Assembly (NCBI GenBank): GCA_951406725.2
Contig: OX597816.1
Location: forward strand, 12,710,001 to 12,774,000
Source of the DNA: Octopus vulgaris
Taxonomy: Eukaryota
Direction: 5' to 3'
DNA: 64,000 nucleotides
Both the position numbers and the translations under genes were made by a program. Below the pieces are notes generated by a model. That model saw only the letters and a program-made list of their open reading frames with translations. It searched no databases and was not told the origin of the DNA. Positions 13,128 through 26,464 of this stretch are shown piece by piece. Position 1 is the stretch's first letter. Each line of letters opens with the position of its first letter.

Positions 13128-13545
13128 GGCGCAGGAATGGCTGTGTGGTAAGTAGCTTGCTAACCAACCACATGGTTCTGGGTTCAGTCCCACTGCGTGG
13201 CATCTTGGGCAAGTGTCTTCTGCTACAGCCTCGGGCCGACCAATGCCTTATCAGTGGATTTGGTAGACGGAAACTGAAAGAAGCCTGCCGTATATATGTA
13301 TATATATATATATATATATGTGTGTTTGTGTATCTGTGTTTGTCCCCCTGGCATTACTTGACAACCGATGGTGGTGTGTTAACGTCCCCGTCACTTAGCG
13401 GTTCGGCAAAAGAGACCGATAGAATAAGTACTGGGCTTACAAAAGAATAAGTCCCGGGGTCGAGTTGCTCGATTAAAGACGGTGCTCCAGCATGGCCGCA
13501 GTCAAATGACTGAAACAAGTAAAAGAGTAAAAAAAAAAAAGAGAA
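13128..13545 (+). mobile_element. SINE family A, full length
   Basis: GGCGCAGGAATGGCTGTGTGG head through to the GTAAAAGAG tail. Confidence 0.92.
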
Positions 13546-14194
13546 AATAGTTAGTTGTATTACACTGGCCATCGTGGGACAGCTATAAAAAGTAAGCAAT
13601 GAAATATGCGTTAATAAGGAATGACAATTCAACTTAAAAATACCAAACGTTTAAGGAAAACGAACAAATGATATTGTGGCATGTGCCTAGATATTTAATT
13701 GATCTGAAGTTTGGCATGATTTTACAAAATATCGGCGGTGGTGGTCATGGAAAACTAAGCGTTTTGCGAAGAATATTATAATTTGGAATTTATCAGTTTC
13801 AGTATTTCTATATTAAAACATAGTTACGCAATTTATTCCATACTCAAATAAACTTGGTTTGTCATATTTGACCTTTCAAAACAAAATGTTTCAGCGCTGT
13901 GTAATTAATTTCGCATGTATATATACATATATAAAATACATACGTATATATACATACATACGTACACTGTGTGTGGGGTGTCTGTGGGGGGATGTATGTA
14001 TGTACATATATGTATGTGTGTGTATGTGTGTATGTATGTGTGTGTGTGTGTGTGAAAGACTTCAATTTGGTATTTGTATTCTAAGAATGTTGAGGTGGAA
14101 ATGTATATTGAAATACCTGTGTTTCTTAAAGAGCCTGTATTCCCATTGCCATTAAGAAACACACGCAATTGTTTAACTCATTTCATTTTATTTC

Positions 14195-14502
<308 letters not shown>

Positions 14503-15230
14503 GAGAGAGAGAGAGTTACACATGTTATCCAAGTGACACTGGGGTACACAAATATACGATGCCCAATATATCTACACGTCGGATAAGGGTATATAAGGCA
14601 CATGCACCAAAGCCATATGTGCGCGACATGGTGATCTCATATCAAGATAAACAGTGCATGACCAGTTACAATTTTCCTCAGGTTGAGTAGCCTATCCTGC
14701 TCAGAAGGTTCTTGAATAAGGTTTTTTTTTGAATGATGTTGAAGGAAGCAACTATGTCTCCAGCGGTTAATTATTCCAACTCCAAACAATCCCTCTCAAC
14801 ACATGGCTATGAAATCTGCCCCACTACTCCTGCTCATGACCTTACAGGTGGGGCCCAGTTAGAATTTTCTTCAGGTTGAGTAGCCCATCCCGCTCAAAAG
14901 GTCCCTGAATAAGGGTTGTTTAAGGATGTTGAAAGAACCACCCATGTTTCCAGAGGTGAATTATTCAAACCCAAAAGAATCCCTCTCAACACATGGCTAT
15001 GATGCTCCCCCACTAATTCTGCTCGTAGTCAGAGATGCACATATCGTCAGCCATTAAGGGACATGCTCAACTGGTTAAGGTCAAACAACTGACAAGCAAA
15101 TCTGTGGTATTGAGCAGAATATTTGCTGTAGCCCATCTTTTACACCAAGGTAAAACATGTACATGATAACACTTTCAGTCAGTTAAGATCAGGAGCAATA
15201 AGAACCACCGCTGATACGGCACCAGAGCTT
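14503..15230 (-). mobile_element. AAT-associated ~555-bp non-coding element (family E) with internal ~190-bp duplication
   Basis: Reverse complement of 47897-48451; 3' end abuts (ATT)n; 14663-14840 duplicates 14845-15030. Confidence 0.85.
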
Positions 15231-15424
15231 TTAGTGTTGTTGTTGTTGAATACCGAGCAATAACAACAACAGTTGCTATTATTCAGTAGGATCGCACTAG
15301 ACCGAACTAGACACCTATAATGGAGAGGAGTGTCAATCAGGCGATAACTACTGCAGCGCTTCAGGCCCAAAGTTTTGACATGGCATTACAAGATATAAAA
15401 CGGAAATCAGCGAAGGATAACCAC

Positions 15425-15752
15425 TTCTAGTTTTGGGAAAAGGCCAGCAATTTTGAGCGAAGGAGGAAAAGGAAGTCGATTACAGCAACTCCAGTATATA
15501 ACAGGTAATTTATTTTATCGAGCTTCAAAGGCTGAGTGACCTTAGCGGAATTTGAACTCAGAAAGTAACGGCAGTCGAAATACCTATTTCTCACATCGAC
15601 CCTAGTACTTAACTGGTACTTAATTTACCGACCTAGAAAGGATGATAGGTAAAGTCAACCTCTACGGAATTCGAGCCCTGAACATAAAGACGGACGAAAT
15701 ACTGCCAAACATTTTACCTGGTGTGTTATCGATTGAGCCATTTCACCGCCTT
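15425..15752 (-). mobile_element. Degenerate SINE family B dimer
   Basis: Two GGAATT..A.C.C.GAA and ACTGGTACTTAATTTA blocks. Confidence 0.7.
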
Positions 15753-15804
15753 CGTCGTAATAATAATGATGATGATGATGATGATCATGATCATGATCAT
15801 GATC

Positions 15805-15846
<42 letters not shown>

Positions 15847-15848
<2 letters not shown>

Positions 15849-16384
15849 CTTAACTGCTTGGAAGTGTTATCATGTACGTTGTTTTGTCTTGGTATAAAAG
15901 ATGAGCTACAGCAAATATTCTGCTCAATACCAGAGGTTTGCTTGTCAGTTTTTTTACCTTAACGAGTTGAGCATTTCCCCTAGTGGCTGATGATATCTGC
16001 ATCTCTGATCACAAGCAGAAGTAGTGGGGAGCATCATAGCCATGTTCTGAGAGGGACTCTTTGGGGTTTGAATAATTCACCTCTGGAAACATGGGTGTTT
16101 CGTTCAACATCTTTAAACAACCCTTATTCAGGGACATTTTGAGCGGGATGGGTTACTCAACCAGAAGAAGATTCTAACTGGGCCCCACCTGCAAGGTCAT
16201 GTGCTGTTTATCTTGATATGAGATCACCATGTCGCGTACATATGGTTGTGTTGCATGCGCCTAGTGTACCCTTATCCGACCGGTAATCATGATGGGTATA
16301 CTGGGCTTTGTATATTTTACCCCAGTGTCATTTTGATGGCATGCACTGCACTCTCACTCAATAATAATAATAATAATAATAATG

Positions 16385-16421
<37 letters not shown>

Positions 16422-16545
16422 TGATGATAGTAATGCATGTGCCTGGAGTACCCTTATCAGACGGGTAGTCATGATGGATATACGGGGCTTTGTATATTTT
16501 ACCCCAGTGTCACTTTGATGGCATGCACTACACTCTCACTCAATA
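15847..16545 (+). mobile_element. Family E: 5'-truncated copy plus a second 3'-only copy
   Basis: 15847-16359 and 16432-16541 both end CTCTCACTC-(AAT)n and both are preceded by AAT repeats. Confidence 0.88.
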
Positions 16546-17389
16546 ATAATGATAATAACAAATTTTATGGTCGCAAGACCTCAATTATTCGTGAAGTGTG
16601 AAAGGGCTAAATAGAGCCATAACTTCATGAACAGCCAAAACAATAAGCAATATATTCATAACTTGATCAATTTAATTCTGTCGTGCGTTAAAATCTTTGT
16701 ATCTGATACGAAAGCATAAAATTATGTTTTGGCAAATTATAACAAAATATGGCTACCACAGTGAAAATCTAATATTTGAAAAAAATAAAAAAAGCAACGA
16801 TGAAAGAAATTTTCATTGAATTTAAAAACTAAAATAAGCAAAAATAATAAGAAGAAATTGTAGGTTTGTTAATATGATTTCCTTTGAGGAATTATGTTAT
16901 TTGTTTCGAGAACAGAAAATATGACAAAATATATGACATACAGAGTTATATATATATATATATATATGAATGTCTATCGAGTGTCTTGCTTTTTTTAACA
17001 ACTTCCAAACACATATTTATCTAATGAAGCCAAATTGTCATTATAACGAACCAATACACTAAAGAATCACACACTCACACACAAACATAGAGATATATAT
17101 ACACACACATACACACGCATACACACGAGAGAAAAAAAGAGAGCAGAAACTGAAGTAGATAGATGAATAAATCAGTCAATGAAATAAAAACAATTTAAAA
17201 TGAATCTACCGAGTATGATGAGATATGTACTGACAAACCTACGATATTGAACTAATGTCTTGACAATATCAGGTGATTTATATCTTCTGACAAGTCGTTA
17301 ATCCTCCAGATGTAACGAACACAGGAGAGTAGTGTTATGAAGTAGTAACAAAAAAAGTGATCATGCGTGCAGGTGTGTGTTACACGTTG

Positions 17390-17940
<551 letters not shown>

Positions 17941-18378
17941 CATAAATACATATTTATACACCATCACGAGACTTCCTGCAGTGAAATGTCTTTCTAATTT
18001 TATTTGTTCCAATACTTTTCTAGTTTCTTGTCATTTATTCTCTCATTTCGACTTATCCGAGAAAGGAATATATCCGAAACGTTATAGCAATCAACTCTTT
18101 CATGTACAGCAAAGCAATATTGGTAATTATGTACTACACCCGCTTTCTTCTTTTAAGATGAATTTGTTTTAATTATGTATATAAAGTTTGTGATTGCCCC
18201 CACCCTAAATGATTTAGCCACACCCATCCATAACGTACATCGTATATGATTTTAACTATGGTTTAGATATAACTAGAAAAGTTATTTTCCACGGCTTGTT
18301 ATATATATTTCGAGTGATATTCTTAATGTTTGAGTAGTTAGCAACATTTTACAATTGATTCGGTGTTTACAATTTATA

Positions 18379-19122
18379 TTCATAAAGTGGTGCTAATGCA
18401 GTTTCGCACCTCTCCTTGAAAAATGCATTTCTTTGAAAAAAACTTTTCGGATTCTTACATTTTAGATGTCGGAGATTACGACTGTGCAAAACAAATTTTT
18501 AAAATTTCACCTTATCCCTTTTAAATGTTTGATTTTGTTTACTTGAAGAAGATCGTAGCGATTTGACGAACATATACAAATGGAAATTAAATACAGACAA
18601 AAACGTTATAGTGAAAAGAATTTGCGTTTTACTTGTGTAAATAAGAATTCAATGTAAATTAGATATAGACCGTTTTATTAGAAACAAACATTAATGTTTA
18701 ATAAGGGGCTAAAATTACACTATCTCGCCCAATTTTAAATTTTGAAATGTTTCATCCATTTATTTATTTATCTATCTGTCTATTTATCCCTATCCGTTAT
18801 TCATAAAATATTTCCCAATTAAATGTGGTGGTTCTATAGAAGACGGTGTTACTGTTGTTTTTAGCCCCAGGAAGACATTCATATCTATTTATCTCTTATA
18901 CACATATCTATATGTTTATTGAATTTAAAATGTTGAAAACGTGGTTTTTAGCATATTCGGAATCTCCGTCAGAGGTAAAACAAATTTCGAAAAACTTCAA
19001 AATTTTAAGTGGGGTGGGGTTAAAAAAATTAATTTTTCGCATATTTGTAAACTCCGACATCTAAAACGTAGGAATCCGAAAAATTTTAAGGAGAGGTACG
19101 AAACTGCGTTAGCCCCCATGAA
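18379..19122. mobile_element. Degenerate MITE / non-autonomous DNA transposon
   Basis: ~150-bp imperfect inverted ends: GCTAATGCAGTTTCGCACCTCTCC..TTCGGATTCTTACATTTTAGATGTCGGAG versus CTCCGACATCTAAAACGTAGGAATCCGAA..GGAGAGGTACGAAACTGCGTTAGC. Confidence 0.7.
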
Positions 19123-19558
19123 GCCTACGTAAATCGATACTTGCTTAATATCTACTTTTGAATATGTGGCAATTTCAGAGCCTCGTACTCAAAAGAATAA
19201 AACAAAAACCATACAGTTTATATTCCTTGCTGGTGAAGGTACATAAGTATTCCCGATTTACCTGGTGCTTCAAAAGAAAACCAAAACGGTATTCGATATC
19301 ATTCGTGTGCAAAAAACTCAAAGAATTGAGATTTAGAGAAGAAATATACTTATAATTAAGTTCAAGTTTTTTTTCCTAAGTTTAATTTTTGTTATATGTC
19401 AATAACACGTAATCAAACTATTTCAATGTCGGGTTCTTTGTTCACTATATAAAATGGTATTTACAGTGAGGTGTATTTTGATTTGCATCTTGTGAATATA
19501 ATATGATTTATATCAATCTCCCTATACACACTCACTTATAAGAACACATAAAATTTTC

Positions 19559-19601
<43 letters not shown>

Positions 19602-19629
19602 CACAAATTCTTACAAACGCACATACGTG

Positions 19630-19673
<44 letters not shown>

Positions 19674-19755
19674 CATATATATATATCTATATAAATATAT
19701 ATATACATATATATTAATCTATCTATATCTATCTATATATATGTATGTATGTATG

Positions 19756-19786
<31 letters not shown>

Positions 19787-19969
19787 ATGTGTGTGTGTGT
19801 TTATGTGTGTGTGTGTATTTGTGTGTGTAGCGAGCGAGAGAAAGTGAGATAGGTAGTTATGCTTACATAGAAAGATACGAATGTATATTTTTATGTCAAT
19901 TAATGAAACAAGCATAGTGGTATTATAATCGCTTTTCACTATTGCGAAAAGCGTTTACACACAGATTTG

Positions 19970-20012
<43 letters not shown>

Positions 20013-20109
20013 ACACACACACGCACACACACACACGCATACACACACATGCATACACACATACTTACATACATACATACACGGTTACATATATACATGC
20101 ATACATGTA

Positions 20110-20520
20110 AATATGCATTGAAGAGCTGCGGGCTTTTGATGCCTAGACTATTGCAGTACCTGGTCCTGAATTTAGATGGAGTGGATGCCATCTTTCGTAC
20201 AATTCAATGGCGGCCAGTTCTGGCATTTGTATATCTCTGAAGGCCAAAGTTAGGTACTAGCCCTTCTAGGATCTTCCATATGTATATTATCGCATATCTC
20301 TCATGCCTTTGGTACAGAGAGTAAAGCTGTAGTTTTCTCATTCTATCCCTGTAGCTCATCCGCTGCACTGTTCCAATCTTTTTTGTGTAGTGGCGTTGAA
20401 CTGCTTCAAGCTCCGCTCTTAGTTTGGCACTATGTGGTGCAGTAGTCCAGGCGACTGAGAACAAAGGTTCTCCATAGGGTCAACATAGTTTCTTTGTTTC
20501 TTTGTAACATATTTTTGCAT
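20110..20520 (-). pseudogene. CR1/L2-group LINE ORF2 C-terminal fragment
   Basis: ELEAVQRHYTKKI...SYRDRMRKLQLYSLYQRHERYAIIYIWKILEG fits the post-RT motif LE.VQR..T..I...Y..RL..L.L.SL..RR.R. Confidence 0.75.
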
Positions 20521-20920
20521 TTCATGTATTTAATATATTTTATAATTGATTTGTTTAACTTGTTTATCCCCATTTTTCCTCCTCTACCAGGTCAAGTTTG
20601 AATAGTTTGAGTACTACTAGGAGTATTCTATATGGAGAAAACCTGAAACTCATCTATCAACTATATATACATATGTAACCTTTTCTTCCTGGTACCGCCA
20701 ATTGCGAAGCATTTAGTCTTATCGTTAAAGATGCAAAACTGAAACAGTACAATTGGTCGATAACTGATGAAAAATTATGGACTTTCAGATTGTTTTACAA
20801 TTATTTTTACAATCAGTATACGTTTTGCCGTTTGTTTATGTAATTTTATACACACACACACACACACATATATATATAAATATATATGTTTATACATCTA
20901 TATATATATATATAAAAAAG

Positions 20921-20964
<44 letters not shown>

Positions 20965-20967
20965 TAT

Positions 20968-22322
20968 AGGGGTAAAATATAAAAAATCAACGAAAATGCA
21001 TATTGTAGATATAAAAAGGCTACTTATGATAGGTAGTGATATAAATATACATTACGTGGTTTAAATAGAGTATTACGTGGTTTAAATTGAAGAGTTAGTG
21101 GTGTTCTGTATTGCGTTGTGTGTTCACATTTAGTTGAGGGAGAAATTTGTTGATGAAAAATGACTCTTTATTCAACCTTTGTTGCATTGTGGTGTTCTGT
21201 GAGCATTGGTAAAAGGGAAATATTTGGAAATTGGGATTAAGATTCTTGGCACATCTTTCTATTTGTTCACTCACCTTTAACTGTCTGTATTGTGGGTGGC
21301 GGATTTGCTCTTTGTGAATGGTGAATCTTTGACGGAGCGAAATTCCTGTTTGTCCAATATAGAGTTTACCGCATCTTATGCATATCATGACATAGATTAT
21401 ATCTGCCGAGGAATAGGTGAAATTTGATTTGATCTTAAATATTTCTCCTTGTTTGAATTGGAATTCTGAACCCTCCAGAAGGTGGGGGCATGTTCCACAG
21501 TTGGAACGTCCACATTTTGTCACTTTTGGCTCAGTAGTTAGTGGGTAAAGTCTAGCGCTGGTTAGTATTCTTTTCAGTGACTTCGGTTGCTTTTTTGCTT
21601 TTTATAATTTTATATGAGCTTAAAATTTCGTTCATCGTTTTGTCTGCTGTGAGGATGGGGAGGTTTTGGGTGATGATGTTGAAGGCTTCGTTATTTCTGG
21701 GGTTATGTGTGGAGATGTACGTGAGTATTTTTAAGTCTCGTTTAGTATTACGGCTAGTTTTCCTTAATCTTTGTATATCTATTCCCTTAGCACTTTTGAT
21801 GCCTTCATTTACTAATGAGATTGGGTAGTGTCTTTTAGTTAGTGTAGATCTAAGTTCAAGGAGTCTATGTTCATGAGTGTCTGTATCGGAAACTATGGTG
21901 CAGATTACGTGAACACACAACTCAATACAGAACACCACTAACTCTTCAATTTAAACCACTAAACCCTATACACTTTCTACATCACTCACATTTCTAATTC
22001 CTGAACTACTTACCTCCCTTATACATATAATCCAAAACTACTTACCTCCCTTACAAATTATCTCTTCTCTCAGGAACTATTAGACCTGACACCGTTTACT
22101 AACCGGTGTTATTCAAACGATGAATAGCTAATGCGAAAACCAATTGGTTCGTTTCAGTCTCTTACCTTATTATTATTATTATTAACTTCTTATAATCATC
22201 AATAATAATGACCTTTTTGACTAGTAATACTCTAAATGTATATTTTTGTCACTACCTATCATAAATAGTCTTTTTATACCTGCAATATGCATTTTCGTTG
22301 AATTTTTATATTTTCCCCTTAC
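20968..22322 (-). mobile_element. 5'-truncated Penelope-like element (Neptune-type) with inverted pseudo-LTR
   Basis: 21076-21128 is the reverse complement of 21909-21959, and 20968-21053 of 22235-22320; flanked by (TA)n; encloses RT-thumb and GIY-YIG frames. Confidence 0.88.
21095..21905 (-). pseudogene. PLE RT C-terminus, Cys-rich linker and GIY-YIG endonuclease (frameshifted)
   Basis: RLLELRSTLTKRHYP; KCGRSNCGTCPHL; IIYVMICIRCGKLYIGQTG..LRQRF..H; RLNKESFFINKFLPQLN. Confidence 0.88.
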
Positions 22323-22360
22323 ATTTCCACGTGTATTTTTTTTTTTTCAAAACATATTTC

Positions 22361-22412
<52 letters not shown>

Positions 22413-22451
22413 GTGTGTGTGTTTGTGTGTTTGTGTGTGAGTGTGTGTGTG

Positions 22452-22484
<33 letters not shown>

Positions 22485-22968
22485 GTTTGTGTGCGTATGT
22501 GGTCCGAAATTGAAGAAAATGTGAAAGTACAAAAGATAGAAAGGTGAAGATACAACAAGCAAGGTGTGTATAGTTTGGCTCTAATGCAAAATGGAAGAGT
22601 CTTTGTCGTTTCGAATCTACACTCTTCTACAGAAAGAGGGAACGGCTAGACAGGGGATAAAAACGGAAAGAAAAATAATCTGTTTGGCTTAACGGTTGCA
22701 CACCGTTTCAGTACTACAGCGATACAGGCAATTACAATGAAAGACAAAAATATAGCTGCGTATGATACATGTATTCGTAAAAGCAAACGGATATATATAT
22801 ATATATATATATATATGCATACTTATAAACATACTTCTGCCCTCTCGCACATACTTCTATATTTGCATACCTATGCAGGTATGTGTGGATCTATATATAT
22901 GTGTGTGCGTATAAACATATGAATATATGTATATATACATATATATATATGTATATTATATATAAATG

Positions 22969-22999
<31 letters not shown>

Positions 23000-23013
23000 G
23001 TATATATATAAGC

Positions 23014-23044
<31 letters not shown>

Positions 23045-23148
23045 GTAAAACTGCATAGGTGTATGTGTGTCTTTTTGTGTTTCCTGTCAATGTGTGTGAG
23101 TACATTCGTACATGCATATATACCTACATACATATATGTATATATACA

Positions 23149-23194
<46 letters not shown>

Positions 23195-23594
23195 TATATA
23201 CGTACACACGCACACACACACACACATATACATATATATGCATACTCACACATAAATACAAACACACATATATGCTGATATACGCAAATTGGTAAACATA
23301 TGTAGTATTAGAGAAAAATGTGTGGCGCTTGTGTGAGTGATAGAGATACACAAAAAAAAGGAAAGATAGACACACGCAGGAAAGCTTTGAGACAAGAAAG
23401 CAATGGTAACAAATAAAAAAAATTACAAGCAATTTAGTTCAAGCTGGGATTAATAAAATGTAAATTTCTTTCGAACATAACCCATTGTTTCGTCTGTTTA
23501 TCAAATCTGTCTTTCAATAAAACACTCTAAAATGAATTATGTCGACAATTTCATCGTTGCATACTTGGTCAAACTAGCTTTGGACATTACACTT

Positions 23595-23905
23595 ATGGCG
23601 TAGCTGCTTGGTAAAAACTTTGCTTTTCAACCATATATTTCGGGATTCAGTACCACTGTGTGTCATCGTGGGTAAGTATTCTCCCATATAGCCTTGGTTC
23701 GACCAACGATTTGTGAGTGGATTAGGTACAAGACCAGTCAAAGAATCGCATCATAGGCGCGGTTATGTAATCAGAAGCTTGCTTCCCAACTGCATGGTTT
23801 TAGGTTCAGTCACATCATGCAGTAACTTGAGCAAGTGTCTTCTGCTATGGTCTAGGGCCGACCAAACCCTTGTGAGTGGAATGATAGATGGAAAAGGAAA
23901 CAAGC

Positions 23906-23910
<5 letters not shown>
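23595..23910 (+). mobile_element. Two tandem degenerate SINE family A 5' halves
   Basis: Repeated G.TTCAGT.CCAC / GCAAGTGTCTTCT / CCTTGTGAGTGGA blocks. Confidence 0.7.
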
Positions 23911-23953
<43 letters not shown>

Positions 23954-24026
23954 GCATGTATGTATGTTTGTATGTATGTTATGTATATGCACACACTCAC
24001 ACACACACACACACACACACACAAAC

Positions 24027-24098
<72 letters not shown>

Positions 24099-24112
24099 TA
24101 TATAATATATAT

Positions 24113-24415
24113 ATTATTATTAATATTAGGAAATCCATATTAGAAAATTCTTCAGAAAGATATATACGTGTGTAAAATAATTGTTGCATTAAAAATATAA
24201 ATATATGTAAATATATGTAAATATGTATAAGTATAAATATAGAACATATATTAAAAACCTAATTCAAAACTTTTAAACTGTCATATACATTATATATTTA
24301 TACTTATACATATATTTTTATACATATTTACATATTTTTAATACGGCAATTATTTTACAAACGTATGTATCTTCCTGAAGAATTTTCTAGTATGGATTTC
24401 CTGATATTAATAATA
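24113..24415. repeat. ~125-bp imperfect inverted repeat within a TA-flanked element
   Basis: AGGAAATCCATATTAGAAAATTCTTCAG versus CTGAAGAATTTTCTAGTATGGATTTCCT. Confidence 0.8.
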
Positions 24416-24569
24416 TTTTATCATAAAATACATATAATCGCTCGTATTAAATATATAAATACTTTAATAGTATTAATACTCTGATACAATAGAGCACTCA
24501 ATATAGGTTCAGTATATGATATTCTCATTGAATATATTTAACTAAAGATTTATACATACATACATACAT

Positions 24570-24984
<415 letters not shown>

Positions 24985-25073
24985 AAGTAACTATATTTAA
25001 AGGGAATAATTATAAATTCTTCCCTATGGTTTTCACGCTAACTACTTGATAAATTCTCATAAAGATTTTATCC

Positions 25074-25128
<55 letters not shown>

Positions 25129-25139
25129 ATATATAAAAT

Positions 25140-25192
<53 letters not shown>

Positions 25193-25196
<4 letters not shown>

Positions 25197-25839
25197 AAGA
25201 ATGTTATTTTCTCGGACGAGACATCCTTTACCTTATTTCCGACCACCGGCCGAGTATACGTGTGGAAACAGCCAAAAGAATAATTTGAACCAGACTGCTT
25301 TCTTCCAACTGATAAACATTGAGAAGGATCTGTGATTATCTGAGGGGACTATATCTTGGAAATCCGCCGGATCACTGTTTTCTCTTTATGGCAGAAGTAA
25401 TAATCAAAACTATTTAACCATTTTATCAGATCAAATATATCCTATGGTTGCGTAACTGTTTCCGGAGGGAAACACAATCTTTCAGGAGGATAATTTACCA
25501 ATTCACACAACCAAAGTTGTTATTGAATGGCACGAGGCACATTCTATTGAAGTTGAACAACTTATCTGGCCACCACAATCCCCAGATCTCAATATTATTG
25601 AACATTCATGGTGCATTTTAGAAAAACACGTAAGGTGTCGATATCCACCACCATCATCACTACAAGAACTGGAGACTGTTTTAGCTGAAAAAGGGCTTTG
25701 GAAGCAATTCAAACTTTGTATGAGTCCTTACCCCATAGAATTCAAGCTGTAATTACTGCCAAAAGCGGTCCTACTCCATATTAAAATAAATTTGTTTGAA
25801 ATTTTAAGGTGTTTCCATTATTTTGTACAACCCTTGTAT
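25193..25839 (+). pseudogene. Tc1 (DD34E) transposase 3' half with 3' TIR
   Basis: WKNVIFSDETSF, FQEDN, WPPQSPDLNIIEH and RIQAVITAKSGPTPY* motifs; ends GTTTCCATTATTTTGTACAACCCTTG-TA. Confidence 0.9.
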
Positions 25840-26097
25840 AATAAATGGCTGAGAATTTGTTGTTCATGATATAAGGAAAATTGAATAAAACATCCACTGA
25901 CATTGTTGATATCTGCGCGGTTGATTAAAAATCATGTATAAGCAATTAAGACAGTATCTAAATAGAATAGTCATCTATGTATCATACTTAAAATATACAC
26001 ACTACTGACAGACCAGTTAAAGCAGTATTTGTCCTGAGATTGCATCAGTTATGGATTGGTGTCTTTAAAAGAATATATGTGAGAAAGAGAAGAAAAC

Positions 26098-26246
26098 ATT
26101 ATTTATATTATTTACACTTGACTGATATTTCACCTCATCTTGTTTGTTGTTAATACAACATTTCGGCCGATACACCCTCCAGCCTTCATCAGGTGTTTTG
26201 GGGAAATTTTGAACCTGGGTTCTCATTCCTAAGGTATTTTTCGATG

Positions 26247-26301
<55 letters not shown>

Positions 26302-26396
26302 TAATAATATTATTATCATTATTATTATTCAAGTCAGTGCCTGGAATTGAACTCGGAATCTTGGGGTTAGTAGCCCACGTTCTTAACCATTACGCC

Positions 26397-26399
<3 letters not shown>
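26098..26399 (-). mobile_element. tRNA-head/(AAT,GAT)n/hammerhead module, complete copy
   Basis: Minus strand: TGGCGTAATGG (A box)...GAGTTCAATTCC (B box), then microsatellite, then ACAC-CTGATGA-A-GGCTG..CGGCC-GAAATGTT-GTATT. Confidence 0.8.
26152..26198 (-). ncRNA. Minimal type I hammerhead motif
   Basis: CUGAUGA and GAAA core, stem II GGCUG/CGGCC, GUU triplet; C15.2 changed to U. Confidence 0.65.
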
Positions 26400-26463
<64 letters not shown>

Positions 26464-26464
<1 letters not shown>

